Shown piece by piece: positions 39,226 through 48,850 of a stretch of DNA of 64,000 nt. A model generated the notes under the pieces. It ran no database searches. It was given only the letters and a program-made list of their open reading frames with translations, and had not been told where the DNA came from. Position numbers and translations under genes: made by a program. The stretch lies in assembly GCA_001507855.1 (NCBI GenBank), contig LGEN01000009.1, positions 10,621 through 74,620 on the forward strand, given 5' to 3'. Numbering within the stretch: the stretch's first letter is position 1; each line of letters begins with the position of its first letter. Source of the stretch: Halomonas sp. 54_146 (GTDB taxonomy: Bacteria > Pseudomonadota > Gammaproteobacteria > Pseudomonadales > Halomonadaceae).

Positions 39226-40395
39226 ATGGCTTTTCATACGATTAATGGCCGCAGCGTGGCTTACCGGCTGCTCGGTTCAAAAGTAAACCCCCTCGTGGTG
39301 CTGGCGCACCCCTTGGGCATGAGCCAAGCCGTGTGGGACGACGTAATTCCCGCGTTGCTGCCCCGCTACCGCGTGCTGACCTGGGATTTACCCGGCCACG
39401 GTGCCAGCCAAGCGGTGAGCGGTACGCAAATTACCCCCGCTGATTTGGCCGCTGAAGCGTTGGCGCTGGCAGAGCTTGCGGGCGCTGCGCGCTTTCACTT
39501 TGCCGGTACCTCTATCGGTGGCGTGGTTGGCCAGCAGCTGATTGCCGAGCATAGCGAGCGCCTGCTTTCCGCCACGCTGACCAACACCGGCGCGGTAATC
39601 GGTAACGCGGAGCTGTGGAACACCCGCGCTGGCCGCGTTCGCCAGGAAGGGCTGGCGGAGATGTCTGAAGAGATCGTGCCGCGCTGGTTTGCCCCAACAG
39701 CGTTTGAAGCAAGCCCGGCGTTAAAAGCGGGTTGGTGCACTCAGATGGGTCGTGGCGATGATGAGTCTTACGCGCAGCTGTGTGAAATGCTTGGCCGCGA
39801 TACCTTCACTGGCAAATTAGCAGCCAAGCAGGCCAAGGTGCAGCTGTTCGGCGGCAGCGAAGATCTGGCCACGCCGCCCGCCACGCTGGAAGCGCTTGCC
39901 GCTGAACTCGATGGCGCACCGCTGGAGGTGTTTAACGGCGTGGGGCATGTGCCTTCAGTAGAAGCGCCGGCGCTGTTCGCGCAGAAGCTACTGGCAGTGA
40001 TGGCGGCTGATTTAGGTGATGTTGCCAACCACGGCGTGGCTTACGCTGCCGGCCTTGAGACCCGCAAGCAGGTATTGGGCGAAGAGCACGTTGAGCGTTC
40101 TACCGCCAACGCCAACAGCCTGGATGCGCCTTTCCAGCAGATGATTACCCGCCTGGCTTGGGGCGAGCTGTGGAGTAACGACGACTTAACCCGTCGTGAG
40201 CGCAGCATGATCACCACCGGGATTCTCGCTGCCCTTGGCCGCGAAGAGCTAACGCTGCACTTAAAAACCGCCAAGCGTATTGGGCTGACTGAGGCCGAGC
40301 TGCGCCAAGTACTGATGCACGTGGCGATTTACGGCGGCGTACCGGCGGCTAACCACGCCTTTGCGCTGGCCAAAGAGCTGGGCTGGGGCGAGTAG
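39226..40395 (+). CDS. pcaL: Fused 3-oxoadipate enol-lactonase / 4-carboxymuconolactone decarboxylase (PcaD-PcaC, PcaL-like)
   Basis: Hydrolase GTSIGG, GSEDLATP, GVGHVP; then CMD domain GLETRKQVLG...AWGELWS...RRERSMIT...HVAIYGGVPAAN in one 389-aa frame. Confidence 0.88.
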   Translation: MAFHTINGRSVAYRLLGSKVNPLVVLAHPLGMSQAVWDDVIPALLPRYRVLTWDLPGHGASQAVSGTQITPADLAAEALALAELAGAARFHFAGTSIGGVVGQQLIAEHSERLLSATLTNTGAVIGNAELWNTRAGRVRQEGLAEMSEEIVPRWFAPTAFEASPALKAGWCTQMGRGDDESYAQLCEMLGRDTFTGKLAAKQAKVQLFGGSEDLATPPATLEALAAELDGAPLEVFNGVGHVPSVEAPALFAQKLLAVMAADLGDVANHGVAYAAGLETRKQVLGEEHVERSTANANSLDAPFQQMITRLAWGELWSNDDLTRRERSMITTGILAALGREELTLHLKTAKRIGLTEAELRQVLMHVAIYGGVPAANHAFALAKELGWGE

Positions 40396-40445
40396 TCACG
40401 CGTCAACGCTCCTCGCGATATGCTCGCGGTGAGCGTGCTATCCTC

Positions 40446-40461
40446 ATAACCTAAAGGTTAT
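40446..40461. promoter_or_regulatory. PcaQ-type operator upstream of pcaQ
   Basis: ATAACC-TAAA-GGTTAT, matching the ATAACC-N4-GGTTA(A/T) PcaQ pattern. Confidence 0.75.
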
Positions 40462-40473
40462 GAGGATTTTTTT

Positions 40474-41415
40474 ATGCTGAACGCACGGATTAAGCTGCGC
40501 CACCTGCAAGCGTTTCTTGAGGTGGCGCGCCAGCGCAGCTTTGCCCGCGCGGCTGAGCGGCTGTCGATCAGCCAGCCGGGCATTTCCAAAACCATCCGTG
40601 AGTTGGAAGATACGCTCGCTGTTGCATTGTTCGAGCGCACCCCGCACGGCGTTTCGCTTACCCAGGCGGGCTTAACATTGCTTCGCCATGCAGGGCCTGC
40701 TGTGCGCGCCTTGGAAGAAGGCGTAGAAGCCCTGCAGGCGGTGCAAACCGGCGCGCACTGGCTGCGCGTTGGCACGCTGTCTACCGTTGAAAGCCGGCTA
40801 CTGCCCGAAGCCCTGCGCCGCTGGCAGGCTAACACCACCACCGAGCGGGGCGCGCAGGTCGTTACCGGCACCAGTGCCTTTTTGCTCTCGCGTTTACGGC
40901 GCGGGGAGCTGGATGTGGTGGTTGGCCGCATGACCGAAGCGCGCGAAATTCAAGACCTGAGCTTTGAACATCTGTATTACGAACGTCTTCAGCTGGTGGT
41001 TCGCCAAGGCCACCCGCTGCTGGCCGAGCAGGCGCTAGGTGCCCACAACCTCTGCGCGTACCCCTGGATTATCCCACCGCCGCAAACCACCCTACGCCAG
41101 CAGGTTGATAGCTTTTTTGTCCGCCATGCGCTTTTGCCGCCGCCCCTGCGCATCGAGACGCTGTCGCTAGCGCTTGGCCGGCGTTATGCCCTGATTGGCG
41201 AAGCCATTTGGGTAGCCCCAGAAGAGGCGGTGCGCTCTGCGATACAGCGCGGTGAGCTGTGTGAACTTTCCCTGCCTCTAGAGCAACACGGCGGTTCGGT
41301 CGGGTTATGCATCAACCGTTCGTTGCGCCCTTCGCTTGCCGCTGAAGCCTTTTGTGAAGTGCTGCGCGAAGTCGCCGCCGACGTGGTGAAGGGCTATCAC
41401 GCTGAAAGCTCATAA
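40474..41415 (+). CDS. pcaQ: LysR family regulator PcaQ
   Basis: RIKLRHLQAFLEVARQRSFARAAERLSISQPGISKTIRELE; directly upstream of pcaHG. Confidence 0.85.
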   Translation: MLNARIKLRHLQAFLEVARQRSFARAAERLSISQPGISKTIRELEDTLAVALFERTPHGVSLTQAGLTLLRHAGPAVRALEEGVEALQAVQTGAHWLRVGTLSTVESRLLPEALRRWQANTTTERGAQVVTGTSAFLLSRLRRGELDVVVGRMTEAREIQDLSFEHLYYERLQLVVRQGHPLLAEQALGAHNLCAYPWIIPPPQTTLRQQVDSFFVRHALLPPPLRIETLSLALGRRYALIGEAIWVAPEEAVRSAIQRGELCELSLPLEQHGGSVGLCINRSLRPSLAAEAFCEVLREVAADVVKGYHAESS

Positions 41416-41427
41416 CCCATAGGTTAT
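41412..41427. promoter_or_regulatory. PcaQ-type operator upstream of pcaHG
   Basis: ATAACC-CATA-GGTTAT, overlapping the pcaQ stop codon. Confidence 0.8.
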
Positions 41428-41508
41428 GAGGGTAGGGTAAGTTATTAATTGGCAGGTCGCGCATTAACCACGACACTAATGGTTTGTTTCAATCAATGAG
41501 ATAATTGT

Positions 41509-42240
41509 ATGCAAAATGACAATAAACGCTTTGTGACACGCGACCGCAATTGGCATCCGCCCGCCTATGCGCCGGGCTATAAAACCTCGGTGGCGCGTTC
41601 CCCCCAGCAGGCGCTGGTGAGCATGCAACAACCCACGGTATCTGAGCTGACCGGCCCAGACTTCAGCCATCTGCGCATGGGCCCTCACGATAACGACCTG
41701 CTGCTGAACTTTCGCCAAGACCCTCAGCATCAGGGCTTGCCGCAGGGTGAGCGGATTATCATGTTTGGCCGGGTAGTCGATCAGTTTGGCAAGCCCGTAC
41801 CGCACACGTTGGTTGAGATGTGGCAAGCCAATGCGGGTGGCCGTTACCGGCACAAAAACGATAAGTACCTGGCACCGCTAGATCCTAACTTCGGCGGTGT
41901 AGGTCGCTGCTTGACCGATGAGCAGGGTATGTACCGTTTCCGCACCATCAAGCCCGGCCCTTACCCGTGGCCGAACGATATGAACAGCTGGCGGCCTGCG
42001 CATATTCACGTCTCAGTAACTGGCCCTGCGATTTCCACCCGGCTGATTACCCAGATGTATTTTGAGGGCGACCCGCTAATTCCCCTGTGCCCGATCGTGC
42101 ATACGCTGAAAGACCCGCTCGCGGTTGAAACGATGATTGGGCGGCTTGATATGGCGCACAGCAAACCGATGGACTGCTTGGCCTATCGCTTTGACATCGT
42201 GGTGCGCGGCGAGCTGCAAACCTATTTTGAAAATCAATAG
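41509..42240 (+). CDS. pcaH: Protocatechuate 3,4-dioxygenase beta subunit
   Basis: [21 protein letters not shown]...[16 protein letters not shown]. Confidence 0.97.
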   Translation: MQNDNKRFVTRDRNWHPPAYAPGYKTSVARSPQQALVSMQQPTVSELTGPDFSHLRMGPHDNDLLLNFRQDPQHQGLPQGERIIMFGRVVDQFGKPVPHTLVEMWQANAGGRYRHKNDKYLAPLDPNFGGVGRCLTDEQGMYRFRTIKPGPYPWPNDMNSWRPAHIHVSVTGPAISTRLITQMYFEGDPLIPLCPIVHTLKDPLAVETMIGRLDMAHSKPMDCLAYRFDIVVRGELQTYFENQ

Positions 42241-42270
42241 CTGAAAACCAATAGCCGAAAACCAATAAGG
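42235..42270. repeat. 14-bp stop-codon echo repeat after pcaH
   Basis: CAATAGCTGAAAAC, CAATAGCCGAAAAC, CAATAAGG. Confidence 0.85.
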
Positions 42271-42285
42271 CCAGGGGAAATAAAC

Positions 42286-42918
42286 ATGAAGCAGCCTAAT
42301 AGCCAGCCGACCAGCGAACTGATGCTGCGGGAAACCGCCTCACAAACCGCTGGCCCCTACGTTCATATTGGTCTTGCTCTTGCGGCGGCGGGTAACCCCG
42401 TGCGGGATGAAGAGATCTGGAACGAGATGGCTAAGCCCGATGCCGAAGGCGAGCATATCGAAGTGGTCGGTACCGTTATTGATGGTAACGGCGATTTAGT
42501 GCGCGATGCATTTGTTGAAGCGTGGCAGGCCGATGCCAACGGTAACTATCAAGCCGATTACGACCTGAGCAAACCGTTTAATAGCTTTGGGCGTACCGCG
42601 ACGACGTTTGATCACGGCAGCGAGTGGTCGCTAACCACCATCAAACCCGGTGCGGTGCAGCACCCTAGCGGCCAACCAATGGCACCGCACATTAACCTTG
42701 CGCTGTTTGCGCGTGGGGTGAATATTCACCTGCAGACGCGGCTCTATTTTGACGATGAAGCCGATGCCAATGCCAAGTGCCCCGTGTTAACACGCATCGA
42801 GTCACCGGCACGCCGACAGACGCTGATCGCTAAGCGTGAAGAGGTCGACGGCAAGGTTCGTTACCGGTTGGATATTCGCTTGCAGGGGCAGGGCGAGACG
42901 GTATTTTTCGATTTCTAG
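42286..42918 (+). CDS. pcaG: Protocatechuate 3,4-dioxygenase alpha subunit
   Basis: ETASQTAGPYVHIGL, WQADANG, APHINLALFARGVN, TVFFDF. Confidence 0.97.
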   Translation: MKQPNSQPTSELMLRETASQTAGPYVHIGLALAAAGNPVRDEEIWNEMAKPDAEGEHIEVVGTVIDGNGDLVRDAFVEAWQADANGNYQADYDLSKPFNSFGRTATTFDHGSEWSLTTIKPGAVQHPSGQPMAPHINLALFARGVNIHLQTRLYFDDEADANAKCPVLTRIESPARRQTLIAKREEVDGKVRYRLDIRLQGQGETVFFDF

Positions 42919-42950
42919 CCCGTTGAACCGCACGTGCGGTGAATAAAGCC

Positions 42951-42985
42951 AAAAGCGCTACTCTTTAGGGGGTAGCGCTTTTTTT
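42951..42985 (+). terminator. Intrinsic terminator after pcaG
   Basis: AAAAGCGCTAC...GTAGCGCTTTTTTT. Confidence 0.85.
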
Positions 42986-43020
42986 GGTTAGGCACGACCA
43001 TGGTCGTGGATAAATATTGG

Positions 43021-43053
43021 AAAAGTCCAATTTTATGTGGGTATTGTACTTTT
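43021..43053. promoter_or_regulatory. Palindromic operator shared with the pobA promoter
   Basis: AAAAGTCCAAT-N11-ATTGTACTTTT; the left arm is identical to 47153-47163. Confidence 0.55.
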
Positions 43054-43243
43054 CTATGAGGGCTTCAAAGCGACAAGTGCTGCCGGTGACGGTAAGGCGG
43101 CTTGAAGGGCGTCAGCGGCTGCTTAGACATAGACGAATGTCGATTAGCCCTAGGCCTCATAGTGAACTAATGTGGTGGCTCAGAGCGAACTACTATTCGC
43201 CATACGAACTTATAATAATCCAAAAAAAATCCTGGAGGCTCCT

Positions 43244-44275
43244 ATGAAAATGACCCTATCCCGCTGCGTGTTGGCAGCAGCGATTGCTGGCCTAGCCGTC
43301 AGTTCCGCACAGGCAGAAACGACGCTGCGTATGGCGCATTTTTGGCCAGGCGCTTCCGGTGTTAACGAAGATGTTTTGCAAGCCTGGGCGGATACCATTG
43401 CCGAGGAGTCTAATGGCGACCTGACGGTTCAGATGTTCCCTTCCGGCACCTTAGCCAAGCCAGATTCCATTTATGAAGCCGCCGCAAACGGCATTGCGGA
43501 TATTGGTGCCACGGCTCAGGGCTATACCGCTGGGCGCTTCCCGCTTTCACAAATTGTGGAGCTACCGGGCGTTGCCAGCACCGCAACACAGGGTGCCTGT
43601 GTTCTGCAGACGCTTTATGACGAGGGCCATTTAGATAGCGAATACGAAGACACCCGCCCGCTATTTATGTTTACCACCGGGCCTGGCGGTATTCATACCA
43701 TCGACACCGATGTGCAAACACCTGCCGACCTAGAAGGAATGCGCATTCGTCGCCCCACCGCCGTTGCCGGTGAAATGCTAGAAAATATGGGTGCGATTCC
43801 GGTAGGCATGCCTGCTCCCGATATCTATACCTCTATGCAGCGCGGCGTTATTGAAGGCCTGAGTTTTCCGTGGGAAGGCTTAAAAGGCTTTCGCGTCAAT
43901 GAGCTAGTGAATTACCACACCGAAGTGCCGTTTTATACGCTGATCTTCGTTGCCACCATGAACCAGCGCGCCTATGACGGCTTAACCGCCGAGCAGCAGG
44001 CGGTGATCGACAATAACTCCGGCATGAAGTGGGCTGAAAAAGCCGGCGCAGTGTTTGATCAACTGGATGTAGAAGGTAAGCAAGAAGCGGTTGATGCGGG
44101 CCATACCATTCGTGAAATCGAAAACCCGCTGGACCACCCCGACTGGCAAGCGCCGCTGCAAACCGGCATTGAAAACTATCTGACGCAGCTGGAAGAGCGC
44201 GGATTAGACCAGGCGCGAGAGGTTTATGAAGCTGCGCTGGCCGCCAGTGAGTCTTGTGGTGCCCAACAGGGGTAA
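43244..44275 (+). CDS. dctP: TRAP substrate-binding protein (aromatic acid type)
   Basis: Signal peptide; MFPSGTL, IVELPG, DLEGMRIRRP; SD GGAGG. Confidence 0.9.
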   Translation: MKMTLSRCVLAAAIAGLAVSSAQAETTLRMAHFWPGASGVNEDVLQAWADTIAEESNGDLTVQMFPSGTLAKPDSIYEAAANGIADIGATAQGYTAGRFPLSQIVELPGVASTATQGACVLQTLYDEGHLDSEYEDTRPLFMFTTGPGGIHTIDTDVQTPADLEGMRIRRPTAVAGEMLENMGAIPVGMPAPDIYTSMQRGVIEGLSFPWEGLKGFRVNELVNYHTEVPFYTLIFVATMNQRAYDGLTAEQQAVIDNNSGMKWAEKAGAVFDQLDVEGKQEAVDAGHTIREIENPLDHPDWQAPLQTGIENYLTQLEERGLDQAREVYEAALAASESCGAQQG

Positions 44276-44282
44276 GGTTTTC

Positions 44283-44828
44283 ATGCGGTCTTCTTTTGAT
44301 TTTCAACACGTCCTGTATAGGGCCAGCCATTGGCTGGCCCTCATTTGTCGCTTGGTAGCGGGAATCGCACTGATTGGCCTGCTGGCGGTGACTATCGCTG
44401 ATGTCAGCACGCGCTATCTTTCCCGGGTAACCGAAGGCGCGATTGCGTTGCGCGTTTCCGGCAGTGTGGAGTTAGTCAGCTATTTAATGCTGTTCGCGCT
44501 ATTAGCTGCGATGGCCGCTAACGTGGAGAAGAGCCAAGTGGTGGTAGAAGCGTTCTCACACGGGTTGCCGAAAACGATAAAAAATCGCCTACAAGGCTTG
44601 TTTTTCCTCGGCTTTATGGCATTGGGGCTGATTTTGTTTGTGGGGTTGCTGGATTCAGCCGCGGCCGCTAGTCGGCACGGCGAGATAACCCAAGACCTGC
44701 GGATGCCCATGGGGCCGATTTATCAGCTGGCAGCGGTGCTCAGTTTGCTATTGGGGATACGTAGCTTTATTCACGCCTTATTAGGCGTTATTTATGCGGC
44801 AGGTGAGGAGACAACTCATGGGGAGTGA
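44283..44828 (+). CDS. dctQ: TRAP small permease DctQ
   Basis: 4 TM helices; DVSTRY...GSVELVSY; TQDLRMP. Confidence 0.85.
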   Translation: MRSSFDFQHVLYRASHWLALICRLVAGIALIGLLAVTIADVSTRYLSRVTEGAIALRVSGSVELVSYLMLFALLAAMAANVEKSQVVVEAFSHGLPKTIKNRLQGLFFLGFMALGLILFVGLLDSAAAASRHGEITQDLRMPMGPIYQLAAVLSLLLGIRSFIHALLGVIYAAGEETTHGE

Positions 44829-46107
44829 AGCAATCGGTGCCATCGGGTTAGGGCTGTTATTGGTACTGATGATTTTGCGCGTACCGGTCGCCTTAACCAT
44901 GCTTATTGTGGGGGTAGTGGGGTTTGCACAAATTATTAGTTGGGATGCCGCCATTGCCCAACTGAAAACCGTGCCCGTCGAAGTGCTTTCCAACTACAGC
45001 TTCAGCGCCGTGCCCATGTTTATTTTAATGGGCGTACTGGCGGCCCATTCGGGCATGGCCGGTAAGCTGTTTGATTCAACCCGCGTTATTTGCGGGGGCT
45101 GGAAGGGCGGCTTGGCGATTGCGGCGGTGGGCTCTTGCGGTATTTTCTCCGCGATTTCCGGTTCTTCGTTAGCCACGGCGAGCACCATGACCCGGGTAGC
45201 ATTGCCGGAAATGGAGCGCTATGGCTACAACCGTGGCTTAGCGACCGGCGCGCTTGCCGCTGGCGGCACGCTGGGCATTATGATTCCGCCCAGTATCGCG
45301 CTGCTTATCTACGCCATTCTTACCGAGCAGTCTGTTGGCGATATGTTCATGGCCGGGTTGATTCCCGGTTTGCTAGGGCTGGTGATGTATTCACTGACCA
45401 TTACGGTCGTGATGTATCTGCGCCCCTCCCTGGCGGTAGCAGGAGAACCGACCAGTTGGAAAGATAAACTGCTTTCGCTGACCGGCTTAGTGCCCTTCTT
45501 TGGCGTTTTCCTGGTGATGATTTTAGGTATCTATTTTGGTGCCTTTACGCCGACGGAAGGGGCCAGTGTTGGCGCGTTTGCCACGCTGCTTTACGCCTTA
45601 GTAAAAGGCATGCGCGGTGCGCAGCTATGGCGCAGCGTACAAGAGACGTTGGCGCTTTCTGCCGTGGTGTTTTTTATGCTGGTGGGGGCTGAAACGCTCG
45701 GCTACTTCATCTCGGTGTCGCGCATTTCGTTTTCCATTACTGACCTGCTCTACGGTATGGATCTCACGCCTATCGTCGTGGTGCTGTGCATTCTTGCGCT
45801 CTACTTTGTGCTGGGCATGTTTATGGACTCTATCGCGATGCTGGTGATCACCGTGCCGGTGGTGTATCCGATTATTCAGGCCATGGGCATCGACCCCATT
45901 TGGTTCGGTATTTTGACCGTACTGACCGTTGAGTTGGGGCTCATGACCCCGCCGGTGGGCATGAATGTGTTTGTAATAAAAGCGATGGCACCGCACGTTG
46001 GGCTGGGTGAGATTTTTAAAGGGGTCGCCCCGTTTGTGGTCTCGGATTTAATACGCTTGGCGCTATTAATCCTTTTCCCGGTGCTTTCTACCTTCTTCTT
46101 GCTTTAA
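44818..46107 (+). CDS. dctM: TRAP large permease DctM
   Basis: SAVPMFILMG, SGSSLATA, GGTLGIMIPPS, GLMTPPVGMNVFV. Confidence 0.93.
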   Translation: MGSEAIGAIGLGLLLVLMILRVPVALTMLIVGVVGFAQIISWDAAIAQLKTVPVEVLSNYSFSAVPMFILMGVLAAHSGMAGKLFDSTRVICGGWKGGLAIAAVGSCGIFSAISGSSLATASTMTRVALPEMERYGYNRGLATGALAAGGTLGIMIPPSIALLIYAILTEQSVGDMFMAGLIPGLLGLVMYSLTITVVMYLRPSLAVAGEPTSWKDKLLSLTGLVPFFGVFLVMILGIYFGAFTPTEGASVGAFATLLYALVKGMRGAQLWRSVQETLALSAVVFFMLVGAETLGYFISVSRISFSITDLLYGMDLTPIVVVLCILALYFVLGMFMDSIAMLVITVPVVYPIIQAMGIDPIWFGILTVLTVELGLMTPPVGMNVFVIKAMAPHVGLGEIFKGVAPFVVSDLIRLALLILFPVLSTFFLL

Positions 46108-46153
46108 GCAACGCGCTTGTTTAAGCAAAGAGGTTGTTTAGCTAAAGGGCTAA
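46103..46153. repeat. 17-bp stop-codon echo repeat after dctM
   Basis: TTTAAGCAACGCGCTTG, TTTAAGCAAAGAGGTTG, TTTAGCTAAAGGGCTAA. Confidence 0.75.
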
Positions 46154-46159
46154 CCGGTA

Positions 46160-47071
46160 TTAACGCGCTTGCGACTGACGAATGCGAAAGTCGCGAGGTG
46201 AAAGCGCGGTATTGCGCTTAAAAAAGCGGGTGAAGTAGGCAGGTTCAGAGAAGCCCAAGCGGTCAGAGACTTGGCCGATAGTCATATTGGTATAAGTTAG
46301 CTGGCGCTTGGCTTCTAGCAGTAAGCGTTCATGCAGTAATTGCAGAGCGCTGCGTCCAGCGAGTTGGCGGCACAGCATGTTTAAGTGCGCGCTACTTACC
46401 CCTAATTGCTCGGCTAACGCTTCAATACTGGGTTGCTCACGGTAGTGCGCCTCAATCAGCGTTTGGTAGCGCTCTAAATGCTGCCGACCTTTGTCGCTTT
46501 GGCGGGGGCCATAGCGTTTTATAGGGTTCTCTGTGCAAGCACCAAGACGCGAAAGCTCCACCACCAAGGCTTGAATCAGTGCTTCGAGCAGCCTATCTCG
46601 GCCAGGGGCAGGCTGGCGGTACTCCTGGTCGATTTGACTAACCAGCGTAACTATTCGTTTTTGTGGGTTTGATTCGCTCTGGCTTGAAAGGTGCAGAGGA
46701 TAGAAGTCTGCTTGTTTAAGGGTGCTGCTTTCACCCATTACTGCATGTAAGTGATCCGCCAGCGGTTTCGCCAGGGTAATAATATGACCTTGAACATCGG
46801 GCGAGAAAAGAAAACCGTGAATGGCCATTGCGGGCACAACGATAGCGCAAGCGCTCTGTAGCCGATGCGTTGTTCCCTCCAGCGCTAGCTCAACGCTGCC
46901 TTGGGTAATCAGCAGAATATGCACCAGGTCAGCATGGCGATGTGGTCGAATGCGCCAATCATGCAGCTGGCTGCGCTCAGGAATGGATTCGCAGTGGAGC
47001 AAATCTGGCGTGGGCCAGTGCTGCGTTTCGCCATAGAGTTTAAATACCGGAACGGCCGTTCTCGACGACAT
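46160..47071 (-). CDS. pobR: AraC family regulator PobR
   Basis: VPVFKLYGE...DLLHCESIPERSQLHDWRIRPHRH; LGFSEPAYFTRFFKR; divergent from pobA. Confidence 0.88.
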   Translation of the reverse strand: MSSRTAVPVFKLYGETQHWPTPDLLHCESIPERSQLHDWRIRPHRHADLVHILLITQGSVELALEGTTHRLQSACAIVVPAMAIHGFLFSPDVQGHIITLAKPLADHLHAVMGESSTLKQADFYPLHLSSQSESNPQKRIVTLVSQIDQEYRQPAPGRDRLLEALIQALVVELSRLGACTENPIKRYGPRQSDKGRQHLERYQTLIEAHYREQPSIEALAEQLGVSSAHLNMLCRQLAGRSALQLLHERLLLEAKRQLTYTNMTIGQVSDRLGFSEPAYFTRFFKRNTALSPRDFRIRQSQAR

Positions 47072-47206
47072 TGCTTGTATCCTTTAATAAGCACCCTTCA
47101 CATTCGTCATCTGGATTTTTCGTCTACGACTAAGGTGGGGTAATAAAGCGCTAAAAGTCCAATAATTGATCTAAATCATGCCTTATTATGCGGCGTGTTT
47201 CATTGA

Positions 47207-48472
<1,266 letters not shown>

Positions 48473-48500
48473 CGTATTGCCAGGCCTAGCTAGCCCAATC

Positions 48501-48542
48501 GCCCAAGCGTCTGCTTGGGCTTTTTTTGCTCGGGCTTTTTTT
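48501..48542 (+). terminator. Intrinsic terminator after pobA with duplicated GGGCTTTTTTTGCT tail
   Basis: GCCCAAGC-GTCT-GCTTGGGC-TTTTTTT, then GCTCGGGCTTTTTTTGCT. Confidence 0.85.
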
Positions 48543-48850
48543 GCTTGCGCGTCGGCTTAAAAGAGCCGTGCGTGGCTGATATGGAAGCGGATTGGAGCAT
48601 CCATTAGTTGTAAGCGATATGTCATAACGTAGCGGAATATCTATTTTCTATGCCATCGCCATGAATAGGGTGGGCTCAAAACCAACTGCTTTTTAGCTAA
48701 TAACTAGCTGATTTATTTAGTGATAACGCGTTATTTCTCATAACGTTTGTTAGCTCGATTAGGTATGCAAAGCAACTTGAGAGGTATTGGCAGCGCGGCC
48801 TTTTAACCGTAACACTTATTTTTACTGTCACTACCATGCAGGTTATTACC

